Below are positions 1 to 10,317 of a stretch of 57,216 nucleotides of DNA, one piece after another. Positions within the stretch are counted from its first letter, which is position 1; every line of letters begins with the position of its first letter. Under the pieces are notes generated by a model. That model saw only the letters and a list, made by a program, of their open reading frames with translations, was not told where the DNA came from and searched no databases. The stretch spans positions 1-57,216 of the forward strand of contig JBLHTX010000001.1 in assembly GCA_047627635.1 (NCBI GenBank). Reading direction: 5' to 3'. This DNA is from Alphaproteobacteria bacterium (GTDB lineage: Bacteria > Pseudomonadota > Alphaproteobacteria > JBCCNR01). Made by a program: the position numbers and the translations under genes.

Positions 1-116
1 ATGTTGAAGCTAGTGCAGTAGAAGCCAGTGTTGAAGCTAGTGCAGTAGAAGCCAGTGTTGAAGCTAGTGCAGTAGAAGCCAATGTTGAAGCTAGTGCAGT
101 AGAAGCCCCAAAATAA
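1..116 (+). CDS. 3' end of a CDS entering from upstream of the window. The tail reads (VEASAVEAS/N)x3-VEASAVEAPK*. Probably rpsB (ribosomal protein S2), by position only.
   Basis: Frame 3 is open from nt 3 to TAA at 114-116, while frames 1 and 2 hit stops within 21 nt. tsf follows 145 nt downstream, matching the conserved rpsB-tsf synteny. No S2 core sequence is visible in the window. Confidence 0.45.
   Translation, partial: VEASAVEASVEASAVEASVEASAVEANVEASAVEAPK
3..110. repeat. 27-bp in-frame tandem repeat, 4 copies (gttgaagctagtgcagtagaagccagt). The array may continue upstream of the window.
   Basis: Copies lie at 3-29, 30-56, 57-83 (agt>aat) and 84-110 (3' end diverged). They were read directly from the sequence. 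Confidence 0.95.
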
Positions 117-261
117 GCCTCGGCTTAATTAAATAATGTCCTCACAAAAGTATAACGCAAGTTATATACATTCTGTGTGAGTTTTCGCATTGGATATAAA
201 GTAATTTGTATCTTTTGCTACGTTAAGTTATTACTATATTTATAAAATACGGAGTTATCTC

Positions 262-1200
262 ATGAGTGTTATTTCTGCTAGTCAGGTAAAAGAACTACGT
301 GAAGCAACCAGTGCCGGCATGATGGATTGTAAAAAAGCACTAGTTGAAAATAATGGTAATCTTGAAGAAGCAATTGATTGGCTTCGTGCAAAGGGGCTAT
401 CAAAGGCTGCCAAAAAAGCAGACCGTGTTGCTGCAGAAGGTCTTGTTTGTGCTGCTGTTGATGGCACAAAAGGTGTTGTAGTAGAGGTTAATTCCGAAAC
501 TGATTTTGTTGCAAAAAATGAAAAATTCCAAGGCCTAGTTTCTGAAATTACATCAATTTCATTAAAATCTACATTAAAAGCCGAAAATTTTGCCGATATT
601 ATCGGGCAAGAGAAAATGAATAATGGTAAGACTGTTTCTGAAACTCTTATCGAAGCAGTTGCTTCTATCGGTGAAAATATGAATTTACGTCGTGTCCAAT
701 CTCTACAGGTTTCTTCCGGTGTTGTTTGTGATTATATTCATAATAAAGTTGCAGATGGCATGGGTAAAATTGGCGTTCTCGTTGCTATGGAAACTAAATC
801 CCAAGATGCCAAGGTCGTTGAAATTGCCAAACAAATTGCGATGCATATTGCCGCAAGTCAACCTGCTTCTTTGTCTCAAAATGATATTGATGCAAATATT
901 GTCACCCGAGAGCGTGCAGTCTATCAAGAGCAAGCTATGCAATCTGGTAAGCCTGAAAACATTATCAAGGGTATGGTTGAGGGGCGTATGAAAAAATTTT
1001 TCAAAGAAGTGTGCCTCCTAGAGCAACCCTTTGTTATGAATCCTGATAATACAGTTGCACAAACAATCACAGAGCTTTCTAAAACAGTTGGCGATGAGGT
1101 TGCATTGACAGGCTTTATTTTATTTAAAGTCGGTGATGGCATCGAAAAAGAAGAGACTGATTTTGCTGCAGAAGTTGCAGCTGCCGCAGGTAGTAAATAA
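262..1200 (+). CDS. tsf: Elongation factor Ts
   Basis: 312 aa. The N-terminal UBA-like motif reads SASQVKELREATSAGMMDCKKAL..NGN.EEAIDWLR. The gene has the expected position ahead of pyrH and frr. Confidence 0.97.
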   Translation: MSVISASQVKELREATSAGMMDCKKALVENNGNLEEAIDWLRAKGLSKAAKKADRVAAEGLVCAAVDGTKGVVVEVNSETDFVAKNEKFQGLVSEITSISLKSTLKAENFADIIGQEKMNNGKTVSETLIEAVASIGENMNLRRVQSLQVSSGVVCDYIHNKVADGMGKIGVLVAMETKSQDAKVVEIAKQIAMHIAASQPASLSQNDIDANIVTRERAVYQEQAMQSGKPENIIKGMVEGRMKKFFKEVCLLEQPFVMNPDNTVAQTITELSKTVGDEVALTGFILFKVGDGIEKEETDFAAEVAAAAGSK

Positions 1201-1264
1201 TAATATTGTAAAAAAGGCGATAGTCTTTTTTAAATATAACCATATTTTCCTAAAAGATTGATAT

Positions 1265-2020
1265 ATGACTATACACACTAAAGCCCATGCAGCGATTAAA
1301 AAAATTGCCCCCAAAAGGGTATTGCTTAAAGTTTCTGGTGAAGCTTTAATGGGAAATCAGTCATACGGCATTGATGTTGATACTGTGCAAAAAATTGCAA
1401 AAGATATCAACTCTGTGGCATTATCAGGCTATGAAGTTTGTGTGGTTATTGGAGGTGGCAATATTTTCAGAGGTTTATCGGGTGCTTCACAAGGTATGGA
1501 TCGTGCTGGTGCCGACTATATGGGAATGCTTGCAACTGTTATGAATGCATTGGGCGTACAAAATGCGCTTGAAAAAGTCGGTGCGCAAAGTCGTGTTATG
1601 TCTGCTATCGATATGCCGGGTATTTGCGAACCTTATATCCGTAGACGGGCTATTCGTCACCTTGAAAAAGGGCGCATCGTCATTTTTGCTGCAGGAACGG
1701 GAAATCCTTTCTTTACAACTGACACAGCAGCTGTTTTGCGTGCAGTCGAGACAGGGTGTGATATCCTCCTTAAGGGAACGCAGACTGACGGTGTATATGA
1801 TTCTGATCCACATATTAATCCTGATGCCATCCATTATGATTCGATTGATTACGCAACGGTTGTCAAAAAAGAATTGCGTGTCATGGACTTAACCGCAATT
1901 ACCTTATCTGGTGATAATAATTTACCAATTGTTGTCTTTAATATTGCACAAAACGATGGGTTTAACGCTGTTTTAAATGCGACAGGCAAATTTACGCTTG
2001 TATCGCGTTTGATTACTTAA
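1265..2020 (+). CDS. pyrH: UMP kinase
   Basis: 251 aa with [12 protein letters not shown] and [11 protein letters not shown] motifs. Conserved tsf-pyrH-frr order. Confidence 0.97.
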   Translation: MTIHTKAHAAIKKIAPKRVLLKVSGEALMGNQSYGIDVDTVQKIAKDINSVALSGYEVCVVIGGGNIFRGLSGASQGMDRAGADYMGMLATVMNALGVQNALEKVGAQSRVMSAIDMPGICEPYIRRRAIRHLEKGRIVIFAAGTGNPFFTTDTAAVLRAVETGCDILLKGTQTDGVYDSDPHINPDAIHYDSIDYATVVKKELRVMDLTAITLSGDNNLPIVVFNIAQNDGFNAVLNATGKFTLVSRLIT

Positions 2021-2056
2021 TAAGATAATAATTATATTAAAAATATAGGTGGAATT

Positions 2057-2617
2057 ATGTCGGAAGAGTTTGATTTTAACGATGTTCAAAAACGTATGGA
2101 TGGGGCTATTGTTGCCTTGAAATCAGATTTTGCAGGATTACGTGCAGGGCGCGCTTCAGTTCATATGCTTGATCCAATTATGGTCGATTCCTATGGACAA
2201 ATAGTGCCTTTAAAGCAAGTTGGTTCAGTTTCTGCACCTGAGGCACGATTACTAACTATTGCCGTTTGGGATAAAGGTAATGTTACAGCAATTTGTAAGG
2301 CAATTATTAATTCTGGTCTTGGGCTTAACCCACAACCAGACGGTACATTGATACGTCTTCCAATTCCTGAGCTTAATGAAGAGCGCCGTAAAGAGCTTTC
2401 AAAGCAAGCATCTAAATATGCTGAAGCTGCTAAAATTGCTGTGCGTAACGTCCGCCGTGATGCTCTTGATACTCTTAAAAAACTTGAGAAGTCAGGCGAT
2501 ATTTCCGAAGACGATCAACGCCGCGATGCTGATAAAGTACAAAAAGAAACAGATAATCATATCACAAAGATTGACACAGCTCTAAAGGATAAAGAAAAAG
2601 ATATTATGACAGTTTAA
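2057..2617 (+). CDS. frr: Ribosome recycling factor
   Basis: 186 aa with typical RRF sequence (LRAGRAS..LD.I.V..YG, IRLPIPELNEERRKEL). Confidence 0.97.
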   Translation: MSEEFDFNDVQKRMDGAIVALKSDFAGLRAGRASVHMLDPIMVDSYGQIVPLKQVGSVSAPEARLLTIAVWDKGNVTAICKAIINSGLGLNPQPDGTLIRLPIPELNEERRKELSKQASKYAEAAKIAVRNVRRDALDTLKKLEKSGDISEDDQRRDADKVQKETDNHITKIDTALKDKEKDIMTV

Positions 2618-2656
2618 GGAAAAAACCTGTCATGAACTCTGTTACGATTTATTTTT

Positions 2657-3370
2657 ATGAATAATATAATACCAAAGCATATTGCTATTATTATGGATGG
2701 TAATGGACGCTGGGCAAAAAGTAAATTTTTGCCTCGTGTTTTTGGTCATCGTGCAGGTATTGAAACAGTTAGAAAAATTGTTAGATATGTGTCTGACGAA
2801 AAAGTTTCTTTTTTAACATTATACGCATTTTCTACTGAAAATTGGTCAAGACCTTCTTCAGAGGTTGATTTTTTAATGAATCTCTTTGAAGTTTTTATTC
2901 AAAAGGAAAAAGATTACTTACATAGTCATAATGTGATTGTAAAATTTATTGGTATTCGGCAGGGGTTATCAAAAAAATTAATTGCATTAATGGACGATAT
3001 CGAACAATTTACGCAAAACAATACAGGTCTTACACTGGTTTTGGCAATTAATTATGGTGGACGTTTAGAAATTACTTATGCTGTTAAATCCTTATTAGAG
3101 GATGAAAAATTAACTTCTAACATACCTCATATTGATGATTTGCAAGATAAATTAGTACAGAAATTACAATGCTCTAAGTTTCCTGAGCCCGACTTGCTTA
3201 TTCGAACGGCGGGAGATCATCGTATCTCTAATTTTTTATTATGGCATATTGCCTATAGCGAACTTTATTTTTCAGATAAATTATGGCCTGATTTTGGTGT
3301 TGATGATATGTCAAAAGTACTAGATGATTATGCTAATCGAGAAAGGCGTTTCGGTGCACTTACTTCATAA
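2657..3370 (+). CDS. uppS: Undecaprenyl diphosphate synthase (di-trans,poly-cis-decaprenylcistransferase)
   Basis: 237 aa with HIAIIMDGNGRWAK, FSTENW.RP and RTAGDHRISNFLLW motifs. Confidence 0.96.
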   Translation: MNNIIPKHIAIIMDGNGRWAKSKFLPRVFGHRAGIETVRKIVRYVSDEKVSFLTLYAFSTENWSRPSSEVDFLMNLFEVFIQKEKDYLHSHNVIVKFIGIRQGLSKKLIALMDDIEQFTQNNTGLTLVLAINYGGRLEITYAVKSLLEDEKLTSNIPHIDDLQDKLVQKLQCSKFPEPDLLIRTAGDHRISNFLLWHIAYSELYFSDKLWPDFGVDDMSKVLDDYANRERRFGALTS

Positions 3371-4058
3371 ATTTTCGGATTTACAAAAACGTTCATTATC
3401 CTCTATTGGATTATTAATATTTGCGTATCTTTTTTTTATTGCTAATTTAGCCGTTTCATCTTTGCTGCTTTTGTTCGTATTTTGTATATTGATTTATGAA
3501 TGGCATCTTGCATCAAAGGGGCAAAAAACCTGCTTGGACTATTTGATATTTTTATTTATTACCAGTGGAATGTGTGTGTTTGGGGCTATAAATGCTGGAC
3601 GTTTACTTGGCGACGCTTTTTCTTATATATTTGAAATATCAATGATATGGATTATTGGTTCTGCAATTTTAAGCGATACAGGGGCCTATTTTATAGGACG
3701 TATTTTTGGTGGCATGCATCCATTTCCAAATATTTCTCCAGGGAAGACTATTTCAGGGTATCTTGGTGGTTTAATTATTGGCGGATCAGTGCCACTTTTT
3801 ACGTTTTTAACTTATAAATCTTACATACCCGAATTTAAATATTTGATAAGTTTAATTGTGATTGGTTTACTTCTATCAATTTCTGCCATGGCAGGTGATT
3901 TACTGCAATCTTATTTCAAGCGTAAAAACAAAATTAAAGACACTGGTTCCTTACTTCCGGGGCATGGTGGATTTTTTGATCGTTTTGATGCAATCTTAGC
4001 AACCTCATTAATGGGTTTATTGATTGCATTATGTATAACATTTTTTAATATAGTTTAA
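3324..4058 (+). CDS. cdsA: Phosphatidate cytidylyltransferase
   Basis: 244-aa polytopic membrane protein with SDTGAYFIGRIFG and ISPGKT.SG motifs. The only ATG overlaps uppS by 47 nt, so the true start is uncertain. Confidence 0.88.
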   Translation: MIMLIEKGVSVHLLHKFSDLQKRSLSSIGLLIFAYLFFIANLAVSSLLLLFVFCILIYEWHLASKGQKTCLDYLIFLFITSGMCVFGAINAGRLLGDAFSYIFEISMIWIIGSAILSDTGAYFIGRIFGGMHPFPNISPGKTISGYLGGLIIGGSVPLFTFLTYKSYIPEFKYLISLIVIGLLLSISAMAGDLLQSYFKRKNKIKDTGSLLPGHGGFFDRFDAILATSLMGLLIALCITFFNIV

Positions 4059-4060
4059 TT

Positions 4061-5287
4061 ATGCGTGTTTTACATCCAATTTCTAAGCCAATTTTGCCTC
4101 ATGGTGGCGACGTTTGTATTCTGGGGTCAACGGGTTCTATCGGTGTTTCAACCCTAGAAGTTATCGATGCGATAAAAGACCGAGATTTTCGTATCAAATC
4201 ACTTGTCTGTGGTTATAATGTTGATTTATTAATTAAACAGGCTCTTAAATACAATCCTTCTTATGTTGCCTGTGCGGATAAAAATGCTTATCAAACTTTA
4301 AAAAATGCCTTGCCAAATATTAAAATTTATGTTGGCGATGAAGGTATTTTAGAGGTATGTAATCAGCAATATCACTATGTTATGTCGGCCATTGTTGGTA
4401 AAGCAGGATTAAAGCCCACAATTACAGCGGCTAAGCAGGGGACTGTAATTGCCTTAGCCAACAAGGAGTGCGTTGTCGTTGGCGGCAATGCTTTTATGGA
4501 TGAAATTGAAAAAAGAGGTGCTGTTTTATTTCCTGTTGATTCAGAGCATTCTGCGCTTTACCACCTAAAGTCCACTAAAAATAGAATTTCAAAATATATT
4601 ATTACCGCTTCTGGCGGACCATTTCGAGATAAATCTCCTGATTTTTTATCAACAGTGACAGTTCAGGATGCCTTAAAGCATCCTAATTGGAGTATGGGTG
4701 CAAAAATATCAGTAGATTCGGCAACAATGGCAAATAAAGGGCTTGAATTAATCGAGGCTAAAACTTTATTTGGCTTAAAGAGTACACAAATTGATGCCGT
4801 GATTCATCGTCAGTCGATTGTTCATGGCATGGTCGTCTTAACTGATGGTGCGGTAAAGCTTTATGCCTGTGAACCCGATATGAAAATTGCGATTGGTGCG
4901 TCTTTAAATTATGGTTCCTTTAATCATTATTGTTTTGTTAAGCACATTGATTTTAATCAATCATTTTCTTGGGACTTTGAGCCAATTAATTTACAAAAAT
5001 ATCCCTGTTTTCGTTTGGCAAAAGAAACAATTGATTCGCACTTCTTACTACCTACTGTTTTTAATGCAGCAAATGAAGTTGCAGTTGCAGCGTTCTTAAA
5101 TAGAAAAATTGCCTTTAATGATATTGCTATTATTATTGAAAAGGTTTTAAACTACTTTAAAATAAAAGATTTAGATAAAAACACTTGTAATACATCGCTA
5201 GACACTTATATTAAGTTGCATGATTATGCTGAGATAGTATCTTATGATATTGTTGAAACATTATATCGCACAAAAAAGGTACATTAA
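4061..5287 (+). CDS. dxr: 1-deoxy-D-xylulose 5-phosphate reductoisomerase
   Basis: 408 aa with ILGSTGSIG, ANKE, DSEHSA and HPNWSMG motifs. Confidence 0.96.
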   Translation: MRVLHPISKPILPHGGDVCILGSTGSIGVSTLEVIDAIKDRDFRIKSLVCGYNVDLLIKQALKYNPSYVACADKNAYQTLKNALPNIKIYVGDEGILEVCNQQYHYVMSAIVGKAGLKPTITAAKQGTVIALANKECVVVGGNAFMDEIEKRGAVLFPVDSEHSALYHLKSTKNRISKYIITASGGPFRDKSPDFLSTVTVQDALKHPNWSMGAKISVDSATMANKGLELIEAKTLFGLKSTQIDAVIHRQSIVHGMVVLTDGAVKLYACEPDMKIAIGASLNYGSFNHYCFVKHIDFNQSFSWDFEPINLQKYPCFRLAKETIDSHFLLPTVFNAANEVAVAAFLNRKIAFNDIAIIIEKVLNYFKIKDLDKNTCNTSLDTYIKLHDYAEIVSYDIVETLYRTKKVH

Positions 5288-6420
5288 TGGATATTTTACA
5301 CTTATTCTCTCAGGGAGTGACACAATTCTCGATTGCAATTATTGGCTTTGTTATCTTGATGAGTATCGTGGTATTTATTCATGAATTTGGTCATTATTAT
5401 GTTGCACGTCTTTGTGGTGTTAAGGTGCTTGATTTTTCGATTGGTTTTGGAAAAAAAATACTATCACGTCAAGATAAGCATGGCACAAATTGGTCCGTAT
5501 CCCTTATTCCCATGGGCGGTTATGTAAAATTCTCAGGAGATCGATCCGTAGCTTCAGAAGAAGACATAGAAGAGCTTAGTCAATTATCAGACGTAGAAAA
5601 AAAAGAAACATTTTATTTTAAGTCTATTTGGCAAAAAATGGCAATTATCATCGCAGGCCCTCTCGCAAACATTATCTTATGTTTCTTGCTTATGTTTTCA
5701 ATTAGCTTTTTTAACGGTGTTTTTTCTGTTAAGCCAATCATTGAAAATGTTATTGCTGATCGTGCTGCTAGTCGTAATGGTTTACAGTCGGGTGATGTTT
5801 TTACCCATATTAATGGCCGATCCATAGAGTCAGCGCAGCAAGTAAAACAATTTGTAAGTGCTTCCTTTGGTGATCCGCTTAATTTTATTGTTTTACGTAA
5901 TAATAAGGATGCCTTGTCTTTATCTTTTGCGCCAGATATGATTGCGGCTGAGGGGAATCTACAAATGCCCATGATTGGTGTTGTGTTCAGTAACAATAAA
6001 GAAAATGTCTATATGTCTCAATATAATATTGTCGACGCATCTTATAAGGCATTGCAGGATACAATTTTTGTCGCAGAAATTACGGGTAAATTTTTTAAAC
6101 GTCTTTTTTTGGGGCGTGCTGAGCTTGATAATATTAGTGGGCCTTTAAAAATTGGCGATGCTGCAGGATCAGCATTACAGACAGGATTTTGGCAGTTTAT
6201 TTTATTAATGGCTTTAATTTCGATGAGCATTGGGCTTGTTAATTTATTACCTGTGCCGATGCTTGATGGTGGACATTTGTTTTTTTATATGCTTGAAGTT
6301 GTTGGGCTTAAAGCAAATAGCAAAGTGCGTGAAACTGCCTTTAAGGCAGGATTTATCTTGGTAATTATGGTTATGATATTTACTGTTATCAATGATATTA
6401 TAACAATAGGATGGCGGTAA
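5287..6420 (+). CDS. rseP: RIP (site-2) zinc metalloprotease RseP
   Basis: 377 aa. It has HEFGHY near the N-terminus, a PDZ-like middle and NLLPVPMLDGGH near the C-terminus. The start overlaps the dxr stop (TAATG). Confidence 0.93.
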   Translation: MDILHLFSQGVTQFSIAIIGFVILMSIVVFIHEFGHYYVARLCGVKVLDFSIGFGKKILSRQDKHGTNWSVSLIPMGGYVKFSGDRSVASEEDIEELSQLSDVEKKETFYFKSIWQKMAIIIAGPLANIILCFLLMFSISFFNGVFSVKPIIENVIADRAASRNGLQSGDVFTHINGRSIESAQQVKQFVSASFGDPLNFIVLRNNKDALSLSFAPDMIAAEGNLQMPMIGVVFSNNKENVYMSQYNIVDASYKALQDTIFVAEITGKFFKRLFLGRAELDNISGPLKIGDAAGSALQTGFWQFILLMALISMSIGLVNLLPVPMLDGGHLFFYMLEVVGLKANSKVRETAFKAGFILVIMVMIFTVINDIITIGWR

Positions 6421-8717
6421 TGAAAATTAAATCTTTTATATATTTTTCAGCTTTTTGGCTTAGTTTGGCACAGATTTTAAATGCTGAGCCTGTTCAAAAT
6501 ATTGATGTTTATGGCAATAGTCGCCTTGATAAAGAGGCTATTATTAATTATTTGCCATTTGTAATTGGTGATAATCCAACACGCATTCAAATTGATGGTG
6601 GTGTTAAAGCTTTATTAGCCTCAGACTTATTTGCGAATGTTCAAATTGTATCTGATGGTGCCGGAAATTATATAGTGACAGTTATTGAGAATCCAATTGT
6701 TGCCCATGTCTATTTTGAAGGTAATGATCGTTATGATGACGATACTTTAAAAGCAGAAACAACTTTGCGTGAAGGTGCCATGTTAACAGAGGCACGTGTT
6801 AAGACTTCTATTTTACGCCTTAGAGAACTTTATACACAATCTGGTCGTCTACAGGCATCGATCGTACCCGAAGTAATTGAACACAAAGATAATCGGGTTG
6901 ATTTTATTTTTAAAATCACAGAAGGTGATGTTGTTTATGTCGAAGATATTAGCTTTTTAGGGAATACTGAATTTAGTGATTCAAAGCTTAGATCTATTAT
7001 CGAAACATCTGAAAATGCTTGGTGGCGTTTTTTCACTTCAAGTAGTACTTACGACGAGGATCGCCTTGCTTTAGATAAGTCAAAATTGACTGAATACTAT
7101 CAAAAAAAAGGCTATATTGATTTTGCAATTGAAGCAGCAACAGCCGAGTTAAACGCTGAGCATGATGGTTTTGTAATGAAGTTTATTGTCAATGAGGGTA
7201 AGCGTTATGAAGTTAATAGCGTTTCAGTTAATGACAAAGTGACATCAATTTCGCAAGATGATATTTTTGAGGAAATTGATCAATCTGAAGGTGATTACTA
7301 TAATCGTGATTCAGTACGTGATAATGAAGAAGATATCGTCCTTAGGTTATCAGATGCGGGCTATCCTTTTATTAATGTTCAAGGACGTATTAAGCGTGTA
7401 AGTGATAATAGTGTTGATTTAATTTATGATATTTTTGAGACTGATCCTGTCTATATTGAACGTATTAACGTAACAGGAAATTCAAGGACACTAGACAATG
7501 TAATTCGTCGACGTTTGTCGATTGTGGAGGGTGATCCTCTGAATCGCTCACTATTGCAAAAATCGGAACGTGATCTTCGGGGAACGGGTTACTTTTCTAA
7601 GGCCGATTTTATTGAGCGCCCAGGCAGTCAAAGTGGTAATACAAACATGACAATTGATGTTGAAGAACAATCAACTGGCGATGTTACGTTTGGTCTTGGT
7701 TTCTCAACAAATAATGGTCCATTAGGAGAAATCAGTCTTTCCGAGCGTAATTTCCTGGGGCGTGGTCAAAGTGTCCGTCTTGGGGCTTTACTCTCTGGGC
7801 GTCGTGAAGAAATCGACTTTAGCTTTACTGAGCCTTATTTATTTGGGCGTGATCTTTCAGGTGGTTTTGATATTTATCATATTACGTCAAACTTTCGTCA
7901 AGAAGCATCCTTTGAAGAACAAAGCACTGGATTTGTATTGCGTTCTGGCTTTATGGTTGCAGAAGATTTATCATTAAGACCAAGATATCGCTTGAACTTC
8001 GATGAAATTTCTAGCCTTGAGCCGAATGTATCAGCAATTATCCAAGAATCAGCTGATCGTGGCGGTTTAATTGGCTCATCACTAGGGTATGAATTGGTTT
8101 ATGATAAGCGAGATGATTTCGTTGCCCCAAGTGAAGGGTATTTATTACGCTTAAATAATGATTTTTCTGGTTTAGGTGGTGATGTAAAAGCAATTAAAGC
8201 GATTGCTTCTGGAACTGTATTCTTTACTCCTGCAAACGAATTTACCTTTTCTTTTGAGGTCGAAGGTGGTGCAATTGTCCCATTTGGGGGTTATGATTTA
8301 CGTATTATTGATCGCCATTTGCTCGGGGGTGCAAGCTTTAGAGGGTTTGATATTGCTGGTATTGGCCCACGTTTCCAACCTAATGCTGGTCAAGGTTTAA
8401 ATGACGATGCAATTGGCGGTAATTATTTTACTGTTGTAAGATCGGAATTATCTTTTCCTATTCCGTGGCTTGAAGATGCAGGTATTTCAGGGGCATTATT
8501 TAATGATACTGGTTCTTTGTGGGGCATTGATAATATTCCAAATATTTCTAGTCAAGGAACTGTTGAAAAAGGCACAACGCTTCGCTCCTCTGTCGGCTTA
8601 GGCATTAATTGGCGTTCACCAGTTGGGCCAATAAGACTTGATTTTGCAAAGGCAATTCTTAAACAAGATTACGATAGAACGCAGTTTTTCCGCTTTTCAG
8701 CAGGATCCCGCTTCTAA
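6420..8717 (+). CDS. bamA: Outer membrane protein assembly factor BamA
   Basis: About 765 aa with signal peptide MKIKSFIYFSAFWLSLAQILNA, POTRA-like repeats and a C-terminal barrel ending ..FRFSAGSRF. I chose the ATG at 6420, which overlaps the rseP stop and has AGGA 9 nt upstream. The ORF track begins at 6411. Confidence 0.94.
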   Translation: MKIKSFIYFSAFWLSLAQILNAEPVQNIDVYGNSRLDKEAIINYLPFVIGDNPTRIQIDGGVKALLASDLFANVQIVSDGAGNYIVTVIENPIVAHVYFEGNDRYDDDTLKAETTLREGAMLTEARVKTSILRLRELYTQSGRLQASIVPEVIEHKDNRVDFIFKITEGDVVYVEDISFLGNTEFSDSKLRSIIETSENAWWRFFTSSSTYDEDRLALDKSKLTEYYQKKGYIDFAIEAATAELNAEHDGFVMKFIVNEGKRYEVNSVSVNDKVTSISQDDIFEEIDQSEGDYYNRDSVRDNEEDIVLRLSDAGYPFINVQGRIKRVSDNSVDLIYDIFETDPVYIERINVTGNSRTLDNVIRRRLSIVEGDPLNRSLLQKSERDLRGTGYFSKADFIERPGSQSGNTNMTIDVEEQSTGDVTFGLGFSTNNGPLGEISLSERNFLGRGQSVRLGALLSGRREEIDFSFTEPYLFGRDLSGGFDIYHITSNFRQEASFEEQSTGFVLRSGFMVAEDLSLRPRYRLNFDEISSLEPNVSAIIQESADRGGLIGSSLGYELVYDKRDDFVAPSEGYLLRLNNDFSGLGGDVKAIKAIASGTVFFTPANEFTFSFEVEGGAIVPFGGYDLRIIDRHLLGGASFRGFDIAGIGPRFQPNAGQGLNDDAIGGNYFTVVRSELSFPIPWLEDAGISGALFNDTGSLWGIDNIPNISSQGTVEKGTTLRSSVGLGINWRSPVGPIRLDFAKAILKQDYDRTQFFRFSAGSRF

Positions 8718-8755
8718 ACGTTAACAAAATAATAAAAGTGAATGGTTAGCCACTT

Positions 8756-9805
8756 ATGATTGATGAAAGGTTTTATACACGCACAGATATTCATAATTTA
8801 AATGAATTATTAGCGATAAATAATGCGCGTGATTTAGTGATAAATATAGAAAGTTTTAATGAAAATATTTTATTGAAACCTATGCATTCTATCGCTGTTC
8901 TTAACGAAGCACAAGCAGGGCAAATTACTTTTTTTGATAATGCAAAATATAAAAAAGATTTTCTGACCTCACAAGCGGAGTTCTGCATTGCACGAGATTC
9001 TTTTATTGCAGATGCGCCAGAAACTATGACTGTTATTGCATCTCACGATCCTTACCGCCTTTACGCTTTAATTGCTTCATATTTATATAAAAACCATACC
9101 TTAGTCAGCACGCCCAAGGATGAGTATTATGAAGATGCCTATGGTGGAAAAATTCATAAAAATGCTGTGCTTGAAGATAATGTGCAAACAGCATTTGGTG
9201 TTGTTATAGAATCGGGTGTGCATATTGGGAAAAACACTATCATTCAACCTAATTGTTTTATCGGGGCAGGGTGCCATATTGGTCGCTCTTGCTTAATTGA
9301 AAGCAATGTGTCAATTTCGCATAGTTTGATTGGGGATCATGTTTTTTTATCGGCAGGGGTTAAGATTGGTCAAGATGGTTTTGGCTTCGCAATGGGCAAG
9401 ACACATCAAAAAGTACCGCAATTAGGTCGTGTTATCATTCAAGATAATGTTTCCATAGGTGCTAATAGTTGTCTTGATCGAGGCACAATTAAAGACACAA
9501 TTATTGGCGAGGGAACTTGTATTGATAATATGGTACAAGTCGGGCATAATGTTGTGATGGGAATGCATTGTGTGGTTGCAGGTAATACATCGATTGCAGG
9601 CAGTGTAACCTTTGGTGATTATGTCGTTTGCGGCGGTCACTCATGTATTGCCGGGCATTTAATCATTGAATCGCAAGCGCGTATTTCTGGAGCTGCTGCT
9701 GTTATACGTAATGTTTCAGCAAAACAAACAGTAGCCGGAAATCCTGCGTTTGAGATTAAGAGCTATTTTAAGTCTATTGCAAAATTAAAAAAATTAGCGA
9801 AATAA
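8756..9805 (+). CDS. lpxD: UDP-3-O-acylglucosamine N-acyltransferase
   Basis: 349 aa with left-handed beta-helix hexapeptide repeats. It sits between bamA and fabZ. Confidence 0.94.
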   Translation: MIDERFYTRTDIHNLNELLAINNARDLVINIESFNENILLKPMHSIAVLNEAQAGQITFFDNAKYKKDFLTSQAEFCIARDSFIADAPETMTVIASHDPYRLYALIASYLYKNHTLVSTPKDEYYEDAYGGKIHKNAVLEDNVQTAFGVVIESGVHIGKNTIIQPNCFIGAGCHIGRSCLIESNVSISHSLIGDHVFLSAGVKIGQDGFGFAMGKTHQKVPQLGRVIIQDNVSIGANSCLDRGTIKDTIIGEGTCIDNMVQVGHNVVMGMHCVVAGNTSIAGSVTFGDYVVCGGHSCIAGHLIIESQARISGAAAVIRNVSAKQTVAGNPAFEIKSYFKSIAKLKKLAK

Positions 9806-9818
9806 TAAGGAGTAATTA

Positions 9819-10301
9819 ATGACCAATTCACAAGATAAAGAAGTTCAGCATAATATTGGATATAAAGAAATTTCACGCATGATACCGCATCGTTATCCTT
9901 TTTTATTGATTGATAAAGTGCTTGATTTAAAACCATATAAATCTGCAATTGGTTTAAAAAATGTGACGATTAATGAACCATTTTTCCAAGGCCATTTTCC
10001 AAAACATCCTGTTATGCCAGGGGTTTTAATTGTCGAAGCGATGGCACAAACCGCAGGTGTTCATGTGATTTGGTCTATGGAAAATGAAAAACCTGAAACC
10101 GCAGGACTAGAGCGTCTTGTCTATTTTATGAGTGTTGAATCGGCTAAATTTCGTAAGCCCGTAGAGCCAGGGGATCAGCTTTATATTCATGCAGAAAATT
10201 TACAAAGTCGCCGTAATGTTTGGAAATATAAAGCAGTTGCCAAAGTTAATTCTGTTGTTGTTGCTGAAGCCGTTTTTTCAGCTATGATTTTAGAACAATA
10301 A
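9819..10301 (+). CDS. fabZ: 3-hydroxyacyl-ACP dehydratase FabZ
   Basis: 160 aa with HRYPFLLIDKV and FF.GHFP..PVMPGVL.VEAMAQ motifs. Confidence 0.96.
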   Translation: MTNSQDKEVQHNIGYKEISRMIPHRYPFLLIDKVLDLKPYKSAIGLKNVTINEPFFQGHFPKHPVMPGVLIVEAMAQTAGVHVIWSMENEKPETAGLERLVYFMSVESAKFRKPVEPGDQLYIHAENLQSRRNVWKYKAVAKVNSVVVAEAVFSAMILEQ

Positions 10302-10317
10302 TTTTTTAGGAAAATCA

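Noticed and set aside
1-110. The 27-bp direct repeats considered as a possible CRISPR array.
   Set aside because: The repeats are contiguous with no spacers, in frame within an open reading frame, and no cas genes are present. This is a coding minisatellite.
278-1314. Small ORFs from the track overlapping tsf on both strands (278-469, 282-467, 692-991, 703-942, 924-1142, 1120-1314).
   Set aside because: They lie inside or antisense to a confidently identified EF-Ts gene and have low-complexity or odd composition. They are typical shadow ORFs.
5613-5996. A 127-aa minus-strand ORF inside rseP.
   Set aside because: It is antisense to a conserved metalloprotease gene, has no independent signals and has an unrecognisable sequence.
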